A DNA stretch of 64,000 nucleotides. Origin: Pedobacter sp. (GTDB lineage: Bacteria; Desulfobacterota; Desulfuromonadia; Desulfuromonadales; Syntrophotaleaceae). The DNA is taken from NCBI GenBank assembly GCA_050253415.1, contig JBFWJC010000001.1, positions 1,320,679-1,384,678 of the forward strand, written 5' to 3'. Below, piece after piece: positions 10,600-21,218 of this stretch. Positions within the stretch are counted from its first letter, which is position 1; each line of letters starts with the position of its first letter. The notes beneath the pieces were generated by a model that did no database searches, had not been told where the DNA came from, and worked only from the letters and a program-made list of their open reading frames with translations. The position numbers and the translations under genes were made by a program.

Positions 10600-12108
10600 T
10601 CAAGCGCGTAACCACAATGATAACAGATGTCGAATGATGCCAAACAGTGCCAGGCTTGCTGCCGCCGCCCAAAGCAGCTTTTCAACGCGAGGATCGAAGC
10701 CTGGCGGTTGCCACTGTCGGTGCCATAGCATTTCGCCGGAAAGTCGTCGCCGGATCTCCATGGCGGTTATTAAAAAGGATAACCATAACGACGCCAGTAA
10801 CCATCCCGCCAGCACATCGCTAACCCAGTGTGCGCCGATAAATACGCGACTGGTCCCGATCAGCAAGGCCATAAAACTGAAACTGGTGGTCAATGACAGA
10901 CGAGACTGCCAGTTGCGGATACTGCCGAGCATCAGGTAGACGGTCAGCCCTCCGAGTAATAGGGCGAAGAATGCATGCCCACTGGGGAAACCGGGTGAGT
11001 CCGTCGTCACCCAGGGATACAGCGGGAGCGGTCTGGGCCGTCCAAAGATTTGCTTCAGGGCAAATATCAGCAATTGTCCCCCACCGATACCAGCAAGGAT
11101 CATTGCCGCTGAAAAATTCCTTCCTTTGAGCAGCAACCAGAAAACAAGCAGTAACCCCCATAGATAACGTGCCGGTTGATCCACAAGGCCTGAGCAAAGC
11201 AGCATCAGTCTCCCGGCCAGGGGGTAATGCTGGTGCGTGATGAGGGTTGAAATGTGGTGATCTATCCTTTCAAAGAAAGGTAAATTTACCCACAAGGCAA
11301 AAAACAATCCGGCAAATATGGCGCAGCACAAAAGCCCCATGGTGAGATAAAAGCCTGAACCTTGTCGCAGGCTGATTCGGTTGGCGCCGAATTTCCAAAC
11401 ACGTGGATGTTGTGTTTGCCACTTTTGCAGTCGTGGTTGCTGCAATAGTGCCAGCCATCTGTCGCGGGTTTGCCTCCGTAGGCTTCCGAGTCGGCCAGCA
11501 AGGCGGGGGGCAATGCGACGCCAGAAAAAGGCATTAACAACGAGGAGCACCATTAGGGTCGTGACAAACAGGCTGAGTCTGCCGCTCAAGACTTGCACTT
11601 GCCGCCAGCTGGCGGCACCCAGGCTGCCAATTCCGGGGTAGACCAACCCCCATAGCAGGCAACTGATCAGGGTGTAACCTAAAAAGCGCAGCGGTTCAAG
11701 ACGCGCGCTGCCGGCGATAAATGGTGTCAATCCCCGTAAGGGACCGGCAAATCTTCCGAAGAACAGGCTCTTGCCACCGTGGTCGATAAAAAACATTTCG
11801 GCTTTCCGTATTACTCCTAAATATTTACGAAAAAAAGGTCTGCGTAAAAACCGGTAGCCCAGCCGTGCCCCCATAAGGTAGCTGATGACATCGCCTCCGA
11901 GCGCACCGAGGCTTGCCGCGGTCATGACGCCAACAATGGTGCCCTGGCCGTGTGCAGTCAGGAATCCGGCGCATACGATCAGCGTGCTGCCAGGAACTGC
12001 AAGGCCGATAATCGTTATCGATTCGGCCATGGCGATAAGGAATAACAGCGCATAATAGAGCAATCCAGCCGGAAGATTACTGGAAATATCTGTCAAAAAA
12101 GAATCCAT
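10600..12108 (-). CDS. DedA-PAP2 phosphatase fusion membrane protein
   Basis: DedA (AES..IGLAVPG, FFGRF) fused to PAP2 (RPRP, FPSGHA, SRVFIGAHWVSDV). Confidence 0.9.
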   Translation of the reverse strand: MDSFLTDISSNLPAGLLYYALLFLIAMAESITIIGLAVPGSTLIVCAGFLTAHGQGTIVGVMTAASLGALGGDVISYLMGARLGYRFLRRPFFRKYLGVIRKAEMFFIDHGGKSLFFGRFAGPLRGLTPFIAGSARLEPLRFLGYTLISCLLWGLVYPGIGSLGAASWRQVQVLSGRLSLFVTTLMVLLVVNAFFWRRIAPRLAGRLGSLRRQTRDRWLALLQQPRLQKWQTQHPRVWKFGANRISLRQGSGFYLTMGLLCCAIFAGLFFALWVNLPFFERIDHHISTLITHQHYPLAGRLMLLCSGLVDQPARYLWGLLLVFWLLLKGRNFSAAMILAGIGGGQLLIFALKQIFGRPRPLPLYPWVTTDSPGFPSGHAFFALLLGGLTVYLMLGSIRNWQSRLSLTTSFSFMALLIGTSRVFIGAHWVSDVLAGWLLASLWLSFLITAMEIRRRLSGEMLWHRQWQPPGFDPRVEKLLWAAAASLALFGIIRHLLSLWLRA

Positions 12109-12429
12109 GTTTTTCCAAATGAATGCGGTGAAATAAGTCCCATACGGCAATTAGTGGAATCACTTTTATGTAGCAAGAGGCATGAAGGGCCCTCTATCGA
12201 TTGGATACTTTTGCCTGGCTTGCTAACAGATGGTGAATTGTTAGTATTAAGACATATCCTGCATAGGATACCAAGCACATCCTTACCGATATGCTTGAAA
12301 GTTTACTATACAAAGATTCGATTTTTTATGTGATGGGCAACAGAAGAGATTGCAACGGCTGGCGGGAATAAAAAACAGGGTGACTTAGGACATTGTCAAT
12401 GCAGTTCAATGAAAAGGAAGGCTAACTTA

Positions 12430-14841
12430 ATGGAACAATTCAAGCTTTCACCTCAGGAACTTTTTTGGAAATGCGATCCGGCGCAGTTTGAATTTTCCAG
12501 CACCGAAGAGCTTGGATCTCTGGAGGAAACCATCGGGCAGGATCGGGCCTTGACTGCCATTGAGTTCGGGCTGGGCATCGATTCCAACGGGTTCAATCTT
12601 TTTATCCTGGGAGAATCGGGTACCGGTCGATCTTCGACTATCAGGCGCGTGTTGGATCAGCGCGCCAAAGACCAGCCGATTCCCGATGACTGGTGCTATG
12701 TTCACGATTTTAAAAATGCGGATCGGCCGAATCATGTACGTTTGCCTGCGGGGCTTGGCAAAACGTTCCGCGATGATATGGATACTCTTATCAGCCACCT
12801 GGCCGAGGCGATCCCCAAACTTTTTGAGAGCAAGGAATACGAGCAGGCCAAAAACAATATCACGCAAGAATCCCAGGAAAAAAATAAAAAACTCGTTCAG
12901 CAACTGGAGAGCAAAGTTAATGCAGAAGGTTTTCTGCTGCAGCGTACCGTCGGCGGTCTGGTTCTGGTTCCGACCCGGGATGGACAGCCCTTGTCCCAAC
13001 AGGAATATGGCGAACTTGATGAGAAAGTTCGGCAGGAACTGGAAGATAAAGGCAGCGAACTGCAGGAGATGCTCAACGACACGTTGCGCCAGATCGTCGA
13101 GCTGGAAAAGCAGTTACGTGTTTCGTTGAGTGAGATGGAACAAAATTTCCTGAATACCGCCTTGCAGCACATATTTGAGGAGCTGGAAGAAAAATACCGG
13201 GATCATCCCAAAGTGCTGGAGCAGTTCAATAATTGTCGGGAGGATTTACTCAATCGCGCCGATGAGTTTCGTCCCAGTCAGTCTCCGCAAGTGGCTCTTG
13301 GCGGTATGCGGGTGGGACGTCAGGAGCCGTCTTTTGAACACTATCGGGTTAATCTGTTTGTCGATAACAGTGCCATCGAAGGCGCTCCGGTGGTGTACGA
13401 ACCGAATCCCACCTACTTCAATCTTTTCGGGCGCATCGAACATATTATTCAGATGGGCAACGCCACCACCAATTTCACCATGATCAAGCCGGGTGCGCTG
13501 CATCGAGCAAATGGCGGCTATCTGATTGTCGATTGCCGCGAAGTGCTCATTAATCTGTTTTCCTATGAGGCAATTAAACGCTGTCTGCGCAAGGGGGAAA
13601 TCAAGATCGAGGATATGACCGAACAATATCGGCTGATAGCCACGGTATCCCTGAAACCGGAACCGATCCCCCTGAAATGCAAACTGGTCATGATCGGTCT
13701 GCCCATGTTTTATTATCTGCTCTATCAGCTCGATCCGGACTTCCGAAAATATTTCAAAGTTAAATCCGATTTCAATAGTTTGATGAAAAATACCTGGGAA
13801 AACGTGCAGCATTATGCCCAGTTCATAGGGACTCAATGCCGCAAGGAAAACTTGCTGCATTTTTCACCTGAAGGTGTGGCGCGGGTGGTTGAATATGCGG
13901 CACGGTTGGCGGAGGACAAAAACCGTTTGTCTTGTCGTTTCATGGATCTGACCGACCTTATCCGGGAAGCTTCGTATTATGCACAACGCCATGGCGTCAA
14001 TATCGTACAAGGCGATCATGTCGAATTGGCCGTGGAGTCCAAGGAGTACCGTTCCAACAAGGTCGAGCAACTTGTCCAGGAGGCCATCGAAGATGGTCGC
14101 ATCATGGTCGATACCGAAGGTGAAGTGGTCGGTCAGCTTAACGGTCTGGCGGTATATCTGCTGGGTGATTTTTCGTTTGGCAAGCCATCACGGATTACCG
14201 TGCGTACGTTCATGGGCAAGGGAGGAGTGGTCAACATCGAGAGGGAAGCCAAGTTGTCTGGTCCTATTTACGACAAAGGAGTCCTGATTCTGTCCGGATT
14301 TATCGGTGACCGCTATGCCCAGGACAAACCCCTCACCTTGGCCGCATCGATCTGCTTTGAACAGTCCTACTCCGGAGTAGAGGGGGACAGTGCCTCGTCG
14401 GCTGAATTGTACGGTCTGCTTTCATCGCTCGCCAATCTGCCTTTGGCTCAGGGGATCGCCGTTACCGGATCGGTCAATCAGCGAGGCCAGATTCAACCTA
14501 TCGGCGGGGCCAACGAAAAGATTGAAGGTTTTTTCACCGTCTGTAAAACCAAGGGGCTTACCGGAAAGCAAGGCGTGATGATTCCAGCTCAGAACGTGCA
14601 AAATCTCATGCTCAAACAGGAAATCGTCGATGCGGTGGTTACCGGTCAATTTCATATCTGGGCGGTCAATCATATCGATGAGGGGCTGGAAATATTGACC
14701 GGCATACCGGCCGGTCAACAACTTGAAGACGGGTCTTGGCCGGAGGGGACTGTGAATTTTATGGTCAATGATCGGTTGGAGAAAATGGTTGAAGGACTGC
14801 AAAAATTTGCTCGGGGCAAGGAATCCAACGACAAGGACTGA
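12430..14841 (+). CDS. Lon-like protease, LonC type
   Basis: KPGALHRANGG; catalytic EGDSAS Ser and NEKIEG Lys; degenerate Walker A (GESGTGRS). Confidence 0.88.
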   Translation: MEQFKLSPQELFWKCDPAQFEFSSTEELGSLEETIGQDRALTAIEFGLGIDSNGFNLFILGESGTGRSSTIRRVLDQRAKDQPIPDDWCYVHDFKNADRPNHVRLPAGLGKTFRDDMDTLISHLAEAIPKLFESKEYEQAKNNITQESQEKNKKLVQQLESKVNAEGFLLQRTVGGLVLVPTRDGQPLSQQEYGELDEKVRQELEDKGSELQEMLNDTLRQIVELEKQLRVSLSEMEQNFLNTALQHIFEELEEKYRDHPKVLEQFNNCREDLLNRADEFRPSQSPQVALGGMRVGRQEPSFEHYRVNLFVDNSAIEGAPVVYEPNPTYFNLFGRIEHIIQMGNATTNFTMIKPGALHRANGGYLIVDCREVLINLFSYEAIKRCLRKGEIKIEDMTEQYRLIATVSLKPEPIPLKCKLVMIGLPMFYYLLYQLDPDFRKYFKVKSDFNSLMKNTWENVQHYAQFIGTQCRKENLLHFSPEGVARVVEYAARLAEDKNRLSCRFMDLTDLIREASYYAQRHGVNIVQGDHVELAVESKEYRSNKVEQLVQEAIEDGRIMVDTEGEVVGQLNGLAVYLLGDFSFGKPSRITVRTFMGKGGVVNIEREAKLSGPIYDKGVLILSGFIGDRYAQDKPLTLAASICFEQSYSGVEGDSASSAELYGLLSSLANLPLAQGIAVTGSVNQRGQIQPIGGANEKIEGFFTVCKTKGLTGKQGVMIPAQNVQNLMLKQEIVDAVVTGQFHIWAVNHIDEGLEILTGIPAGQQLEDGSWPEGTVNFMVNDRLEKMVEGLQKFARGKESNDKD

Positions 14842-14889
14842 GGACCGAGGACTTAGCGGGTTGAAATAGAAAATTAAACGTAAAATTCC

Positions 14890-14920
14890 GGCATGGGCTT
14901 TCAGGTCCATGCCTTTTTTT
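14890..14920 (+). terminator. intrinsic terminator
   Basis: GGCATGGGC...GTCCATGCC stem followed by a T tract. Confidence 0.75.
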
Positions 14921-15069
14921 GTGGAATGTCTAAATGCTTGCAATGAAATGTTGGTAGCGCTGGGTAAAAAATAATCAGACACAGGATTTTTCTTTCAGTT
15001 TGCCCAAAAAATAAGCCATTTTTTCTAATGACATTTTGTAACTAGTTGAAAATACATAAAAACAAAATT

Positions 15070-15085
15070 TGGTACGACCTGTGCG
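15070..15085 (+). promoter_or_regulatory. sigma54 promoter of glnK-amtB
   Basis: TGGTACGACCTGTGC has GG-N10-GC spacing and lies upstream of a nitrogen operon. Confidence 0.7.
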
Positions 15086-15162
15086 ATAAAGAAAAACGTG
15101 CGCACGCAAATCCCTTGGGGGATGCAATTTTTTAAACAGGTATGGTGTTGTCCGACCTGTAA

Positions 15163-15576
<414 letters not shown>

Positions 15577-15612
15577 GCCGCTATTTGCAACACAACAAGG
15601 AGGAAGATAGAC

Positions 15613-16965
15613 ATGAAAAAGTGGGCAAGTATCATGGGCGCTGGTCTGCTGCTGGCTTTGCCGGTTCTCGCATGGGCCGAAGACGTACCTCTTACCGCAG
15701 AAACAGTTCAGAATAATCTTAACTTTGTCTGGACCCTGATTGCAGGATTTATGGTTTTCATCATGCAGGCCGGTTTTGCCATGGTGGAAGTCGGCTTTAC
15801 CCGCGCCAAGAACGCCTGCAACATCCTGATGAAAAACCTGATGGACTTTTCCGTCGGCGCCATTGCCTTCTGGGCGGTTGGTTTCGGCCTGATGTTCGGC
15901 ACCACCAACGGCTTTTTTGGCACCACCGACTTTTTCTTCGGTGGCGCTACCGGTGATGCGGAAGCCTGGAACTATGCTTTCTGGATGTTTCAGACCGTGT
16001 TTGCCGCGACCGCAGCCACCATCATTTCCGGTGCCGTAGCTGAACGTACCAAGTTCAGCGCTTACCTGGTCTACTCGGCCCTGGTTTCGGCCTTTGTATA
16101 TCCCATTTTTGGCGGCTGGGCCTGGGGTAGCTTGTACCATGGCAGCGGTTGGTTGGAAGGCCTTGGTTTCATCGATTTCGCCGGTTCGACCGTGGTTCAC
16201 TCCATGGGTGGCTGGCTGGCGCTGGCTGGCGCTATCGTCGTCGGACCCCGTCTGGGCAAATTCGGCAAGGATGGCAAGGTTAAGCCGATCCCCGGTCACA
16301 ATATGCCCCTCGCTGCCCTGGGTGTGTTCCTTTTGTGGTTCGGCTGGTACGGATTTAACCCCGGTTCTACTACCGTGGGTGATACCTCTATCGCCCTGAT
16401 CGCCGTAACCACCACTCTGGCCGCTGCTGCCGGTGCTATTACCGCCATGACTGCTACCTGGCTCAAATACGGCAAAAGCGATATCGGTATGACCATGAAC
16501 GGCGCGTTGGCCGGTCTGGTCGGTATTACTGCCGGGTGTGCCAATGTCACCCCTCTGTCGGCCGTTATTATCGGCGCCATTGCCGGTGTACTGGTACTCT
16601 TCTCGGTTCTGTTCTTTGACAAGATCCGTGTTGACGATCCTGTCGGCGCCATCTCGGTTCACGGTGTTTGCGGTGCATGGGGTACTCTTGCTGCCGGTCT
16701 GTTCGACAGCGCAGGCTTCTCCCTCAAAACCGTCGGTGTGCAGTTGACCGGTATCGGCGCCTGCTTTGTCTTCGCCTTCGGTGTCGGCCTGATCATGTTC
16801 AAACTGATCGACCTGATCATCGGCATGCGCGTTTCCAAAGAAGAGGAAATGGCCGGTCTCGATTACTGCGAACACGGTGCTACGGCATATCCTGACTTCC
16901 AGACGATTCGTCTCGGCACGGTGTTTTCTCCCGGCCAGGAAAATGTCAACGGCGCTGCTAAATAA
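15613..16965 (+). CDS. amtB: ammonium transporter
   Basis: MQAGFAMVE, DFAGSTVVH, WFGWYGFN and DDPVGAISVH motifs. Confidence 0.97.
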   Translation: MKKWASIMGAGLLLALPVLAWAEDVPLTAETVQNNLNFVWTLIAGFMVFIMQAGFAMVEVGFTRAKNACNILMKNLMDFSVGAIAFWAVGFGLMFGTTNGFFGTTDFFFGGATGDAEAWNYAFWMFQTVFAATAATIISGAVAERTKFSAYLVYSALVSAFVYPIFGGWAWGSLYHGSGWLEGLGFIDFAGSTVVHSMGGWLALAGAIVVGPRLGKFGKDGKVKPIPGHNMPLAALGVFLLWFGWYGFNPGSTTVGDTSIALIAVTTTLAAAAGAITAMTATWLKYGKSDIGMTMNGALAGLVGITAGCANVTPLSAVIIGAIAGVLVLFSVLFFDKIRVDDPVGAISVHGVCGAWGTLAAGLFDSAGFSLKTVGVQLTGIGACFVFAFGVGLIMFKLIDLIIGMRVSKEEEMAGLDYCEHGATAYPDFQTIRLGTVFSPGQENVNGAAK

Positions 16966-17039
16966 TGAATTTTGATGCCTTTCCCGGACGGCAATGGTTG
17001 CCGTCCGGGGGGGACTTTTCAAGGAGGAGGAGCATTATT

Positions 17040-17774
17040 ATGAAAAGATGGAGTGTTTCGTTGTTGGTGGCAGCAATTCTGGCAGTTGGCATGGTGGCTC
17101 AGGCAAGTGCCGCAATTGAAGTTGAAGGCGATGCTTATGTCGGCGTATTCGACAAGTACCTGTGGCGCGGATTCGATCTCAGCGGCAGCCTGCCGGTTGT
17201 TCAGGCCGGTGCCGATCTGTCGACTCATGGCTGGACTCTCGGCTACTGGAGCAACTGGCAGCTCAAGAGTGATGCCGGTGAAGGTTACGATTCCGGTGAG
17301 GTTACCGAAACCGATATTATCCTGAGCTACGCTCATGATTTCGGCGACCTGCTTTCCGTAACCGTTGGTGATATCTGGTACCAGCTCGAGGGTATTGAGG
17401 ACACCAACGAACTGTTCATCAATGCCACCGTAAATACTCTGCTTGCTCCGACCATCAGCATGTATTATGACTGGGATGCCGCTGAAGAAGACGGCCTGTA
17501 TTTTACTTTTGATGTCAGCCATTCTTTGGAAGTCATGGAAAATCTGAGCTTGAACCTTGGGGCCTTGGTTTCCTACAACCTGCATAGCGATTACTCGGTT
17601 GGTGATTTCAGCGGGTTCCACAACGTTGAAGCCAGCGTCAGCATGGATTATGCCCTGTCGGATCAGTTCACGATCAGCCCGTCCTTCGTGTTCTCGACCC
17701 CGATCTGTTCAGCAGCCAAGGATGCGATCGATACAGAAACTGTAGCCGGTGTAACCCTCACCTTCGCGTTCTAA
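17040..17774 (+). CDS. putative outer-membrane beta-barrel (TorF-like porin)
   Basis: Signal peptide, KYLWRG motif, C-terminal Phe; co-located with glnK-amtB. Confidence 0.75.
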   Translation: MKRWSVSLLVAAILAVGMVAQASAAIEVEGDAYVGVFDKYLWRGFDLSGSLPVVQAGADLSTHGWTLGYWSNWQLKSDAGEGYDSGEVTETDIILSYAHDFGDLLSVTVGDIWYQLEGIEDTNELFINATVNTLLAPTISMYYDWDAAEEDGLYFTFDVSHSLEVMENLSLNLGALVSYNLHSDYSVGDFSGFHNVEASVSMDYALSDQFTISPSFVFSTPICSAAKDAIDTETVAGVTLTFAF

Positions 17775-17808
17775 TCGATATCTTTATCAGTTCTAATATC
17801 GACAAGAG

Positions 17809-17847
17809 CGTCGCCCTTCAGTACAATGAAGGGCGACGTTTTTTTTT
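17809..17847 (+). terminator. intrinsic terminator
   Basis: CGTCGCCCTTCA/TGAAGGGCGACG 12-bp stem followed by T9. Confidence 0.85.
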
Positions 17848-17900
17848 ATTTATTTTTTTGGCGGGCGGCAGGGCCGTGGAGCATACCAGAGGAGTCGTTT

Positions 17901-18680
17901 ATGATACACAGCCGGAGGCCTGGTGTTTTGGGTGAATTTTTTCGCGGATTAACCTACCTACCACGTGCCGGACGGTTTTTACGACAGAATCCGGGGTTAT
18001 TGAAGTACGTGGTTATCCCATTTCTTATCAATGTCTTCACTTTTTCGCTGGCGGTAATTTTGGGCGCAAAATTGTTCGGCCGGGTTGTTGACCTTTTACC
18101 GCAAGGGGATGCCTGGTATTACCTTTTGTTTTCCTGGCTTTTGTGGGTTTTTGCGGCGCTGCTGGTGATGGTGCTGGTGTTTTTTACTTTTACCGTGATC
18201 GGAAACCTGATCGCAGCGCCCTTTAACAGTTTGCTGTCGGAACGTGTCGAGGAATTGCAAACCGGGACGCTGGCGGACGTTCCTTTTACATTAAAGGGTG
18301 TCTTGCTGGACAGCGGGCGCAGCCTGCTGGTGGAAGCAAAGAAAATGGCGGTATTTATTCTTTGCATGGTACTTTTGCTGCTGCTCAATCTGTTGCCTTT
18401 GGTGGGAACATTATTATATGCGGCCAGTACCCTGTTATTAACCCTGTTTTTTCTTGCCTGGGAATATCTCAGTTTCGTGCATGAACGCAAGCAATTGAAC
18501 TTTTCAAAGCAATATAAGTATCTTAAAGAGCGGAAATTGCTTTTGCTCGGGTTTGCCACGGGGGTTTTGGCATTGCTGGCGATTCCTCTTATGCAGCTAT
18601 TTTGTATCCCCCTCGCCGTTATCGCCGCGACCCTGCTATGGTGTGAAGAGCAGCAGGCAAGGAATCGACGTTCCGCATGA
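17901..18680 (+). CDS. EI24/CysZ-family membrane protein
   Basis: Hydrophobic helices; GNLIAAPFNSLLSERVE motif. Confidence 0.75.
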   Translation: MIHSRRPGVLGEFFRGLTYLPRAGRFLRQNPGLLKYVVIPFLINVFTFSLAVILGAKLFGRVVDLLPQGDAWYYLLFSWLLWVFAALLVMVLVFFTFTVIGNLIAAPFNSLLSERVEELQTGTLADVPFTLKGVLLDSGRSLLVEAKKMAVFILCMVLLLLLNLLPLVGTLLYAASTLLLTLFFLAWEYLSFVHERKQLNFSKQYKYLKERKLLLLGFATGVLALLAIPLMQLFCIPLAVIAATLLWCEEQQARNRRSA

Positions 18681-18803
18681 CCTTTAATCATGACAGTCGA
18701 TGCTTGTGTTATAATTTTTGTATCCTCGAAGTACCGGTGTGTTTTTCTAGTTTCGTTGTTGCAGCCTGCAGCAATGAGAGGTAACCGCAAGCAGGGAGGA
18801 TTT

Positions 18804-19028
18804 ATGACCAAAAAGCAAAGCAGGGAACGGGGTGTTGAAACACGCGTTGATACTGAGATTGTGCAGCGCGTGGATCGCCTAGATGAAGATCTGGAGATCA
18901 TGGACCGACATGCCGCAGATGTTGCCGACGTGGAGGAACAGGAGGCGGATTCCCTGCGTCGGTGGGATCGCGAGCATAAAAATGAACGACTACACAGTGT
19001 GCCGCGTCATCTGAAACATGTCCGGTGA
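18804..19028 (+). CDS. small hypothetical charged protein
   Basis: GGAGG RBS and a downstream terminator; no recognised motif. Confidence 0.55.
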   Translation: MTKKQSRERGVETRVDTEIVQRVDRLDEDLEIMDRHAADVADVEEQEADSLRRWDREHKNERLHSVPRHLKHVR

Positions 19029-19044
19029 TCGCTTTTGTTATGGC

Positions 19045-19078
19045 AAAAAGGGGAGTCCCATTGGAACTCCCCTTTTTT
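19045..19078. terminator. bidirectional terminator
   Basis: AAAAAGGGGAGT...ACTCCCCTTTTTT between convergent ORFs. Confidence 0.75.
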
Positions 19079-19102
19079 AATGGTTTCAAGCAAAGGGAAT
19101 GG

Positions 19103-19465
19103 TTATTCCTTGTTTTCCATTTCTTCTTCGTCGGGTGAGTCTTCCTGTTTAATAGCCTCGATCTCGGCTTCAAGGGTTGCCGCTGTGCTTTTCAATTTAT
19201 CCAGTTTGGTCAGCAGGTTGGTAACCACTTCCGTTTCCATGATGGCGATTATCCCATTTTCCCGCAGTTCGTCGATTTCTTTACCGAGATCACTATGAGC
19301 TGCACCTATTTTTCGGTGAATGGTCGCCAAATCAACTTTTTTTTGCACAATACGTTTGTATTTATTCGCCTGGAAGGTAGCTATATGGAGCGTTTTTCGG
19401 GTAGAGTCCCAGATTTTTTCGGTGGTGGTTTTTTTCTTTTCGTTGGCATCGTTCTGTTCGCTCAT
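19103..19465 (-). CDS. hypothetical coiled-coil protein
   Basis: GGAGG RBS; helical, charged sequence. Confidence 0.7.
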   Translation of the reverse strand: MSEQNDANEKKKTTTEKIWDSTRKTLHIATFQANKYKRIVQKKVDLATIHRKIGAAHSDLGKEIDELRENGIIAIMETEVVTNLLTKLDKLKSTAATLEAEIEAIKQEDSPDEEEMENKE

Positions 19466-19659
19466 GGCTACCTCCAAGGTTTGGCTATTATTGATGGCTT
19501 ATGTATCTCATATGGTTTTGCGAAATTATCGATCATTGGTAATATATTAGAAATATTAGCATCTCTACTTGCAACGTCAAGGTGTTTATGGCGTCATGGT
19601 TTTGGGTGGCAGGCCAAACCTTCGGTATTGTAACTATTAAGATGACGGGAGAAACATTC

Positions 19660-20613
19660 ATGGAAGCGAGTGCCGGGCAAGCAGGAAAAACCAAGTTTCA
19701 GATCGATCTGCGCCGTTATCTTCGCGAGGATGGCGAAGACGAACAACTGATTCACCTGATCTGTGAAATTGCCGAGGCTTCAAAGTATATTGTTAATTCC
19801 ATCCGGACCGGAGATCTCGGGGTCGCCGGAACATCCAATTTGTATGGGGAAGAGCAACTGGCACTCGATGTGTTGTCGGATCGTATCTTGCGCAAGCGGT
19901 TGGCAAAATCCGGGGTTGTCAGTAACGTGGTATCCGAAGAGTCCAACGATATCCTGCTGGTGGCACCGCACCGCACCGGCAACTATTCGGTTGCCTATGA
20001 TCCGCTGGATGGGTCCTCGCTGGTCGACGTTAATCTGGCCGTCGGAACCATCGTATCGATATACAAAGGCAGTGATTTGATGCAGCCCGGCAATAAGCAG
20101 GCGGCAGCGCTTTATATTCTTTACGGACCACGCACGACCCTGGTTTATACCACCGGCAACGGGGTGCATGAATTCGGTATGAATCAGTTGATGGAATATA
20201 CCTTGTTGCGGCGTAATATTCGCATGGGGCCGAAAGCGAGCATCTATGCTCCTGGCGGTTTGCGCAGCCTGTATACGGCAGGTACCGACAAGTTCGTCCG
20301 GCAGTTGGAGGCCAGCGGGGTCAAGCTGCGCTACAGTGGCGGGTTGGTGCCTGATATCAATCAGATACTGATGAAGGGCACGGGGATATTCTTTTATCCC
20401 CATCTGCAGAATGCTCCGCAGGGCAAACTGCGGTTGCTGTTTGAACTTAACCCGATGGCTTTCTTAATGGAGCAAGCCGGTGGAGCGGCCTCCAATGGTC
20501 GGCAGCGAATTCTCGACCTGGAGCCTCGACAACTGGATGATCGGTGCCCGTTTTTCTGTGGGTGTCGCGAGGATGTGGAATTGGCGGAGGCGTATCTAAA
20601 AGACGAGGGATAA
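19660..20613 (+). CDS. fbp: fructose-1,6-bisphosphatase class 1
   Basis: GEEQLALD, YDPLDGSS, RYSGGLVPD and GKLRLLFE motifs. Confidence 0.95.
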   Translation: MEASAGQAGKTKFQIDLRRYLREDGEDEQLIHLICEIAEASKYIVNSIRTGDLGVAGTSNLYGEEQLALDVLSDRILRKRLAKSGVVSNVVSEESNDILLVAPHRTGNYSVAYDPLDGSSLVDVNLAVGTIVSIYKGSDLMQPGNKQAAALYILYGPRTTLVYTTGNGVHEFGMNQLMEYTLLRRNIRMGPKASIYAPGGLRSLYTAGTDKFVRQLEASGVKLRYSGGLVPDINQILMKGTGIFFYPHLQNAPQGKLRLLFELNPMAFLMEQAGGAASNGRQRILDLEPRQLDDRCPFFCGCREDVELAEAYLKDEG

Positions 20614-20616
20614 ACG

Positions 20617-20644
20617 AAACGGGGACCGAAAGGTCCCCGTTTTT
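20617..20644. terminator. bidirectional terminator
   Basis: AAACGGGGACC-GAAA-GGTCCCCGTTTTT. Confidence 0.85.
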
Positions 20645-20658
20645 GTAATCTGCCTGGA

Positions 20659-21207
20659 TCAGTCGAGCAGGGCCTTAACCCGTTCATAGCCGGTGTTATA
20701 GGCCTTTTTGTTGAGTTCCACAAAGGCTTCCGGGACACGACTCAATACCGCTTTTTCACCAGACTCGCGTTTGACGATGCCGGTCAGGGCGACCATAGCG
20801 CCAAGAGCAACGACGTTGGCGACAATGGCACGACCGATGTCGTTTTTTGCCGTGTTGATGATCGGGAAACGGTAGATTTTGAAGTCGCCTGCGGGCGGCT
20901 TTTTAACAAAGTCGGTATCCAACAACAGCAGACCACCCGGTTTGATCGTATCGACATATTTATCGGCTGCTTCCTGGGTCAGGGCCAGGCAGGCGTCAAC
21001 CAGGGTTGCCTTGGGATAATCGATGGGCCCGTCTGAAATAATTACCTCCGATTTGGAAGCGCCGCCCCGGGCTTCAGGGCCGTAGCTCTGGGATTGCACG
21101 GCGTATTGGTCTTCGACGATGGATGCTGCTTCAGCCAGGATAATCCCGGCGGTGATGAGCCCCTGTCCGCCGGCTCCGGAAAACCTTATCTCATAGCGTT
21201 TTGACAT
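20659..21207 (-). CDS. korC: 2-oxoacid:ferredoxin oxidoreductase gamma subunit
   Basis: SGAGGQG and SYGPEARGG motifs. Confidence 0.9.
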   Translation of the reverse strand: MSKRYEIRFSGAGGQGLITAGIILAEAASIVEDQYAVQSQSYGPEARGGASKSEVIISDGPIDYPKATLVDACLALTQEAADKYVDTIKPGGLLLLDTDFVKKPPAGDFKIYRFPIINTAKNDIGRAIVANVVALGAMVALTGIVKRESGEKAVLSRVPEAFVELNKKAYNTGYERVKALLD

Positions 21208-21218
21208 GGATGCTCCTT

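Noticed and set aside
19480..19490. TAATAGCCAAA copy outside the island as a regulon member
   Set aside because: It lies right beside an RBS with no -35 box at 15-16 bp, so it is treated as a probable chance match.
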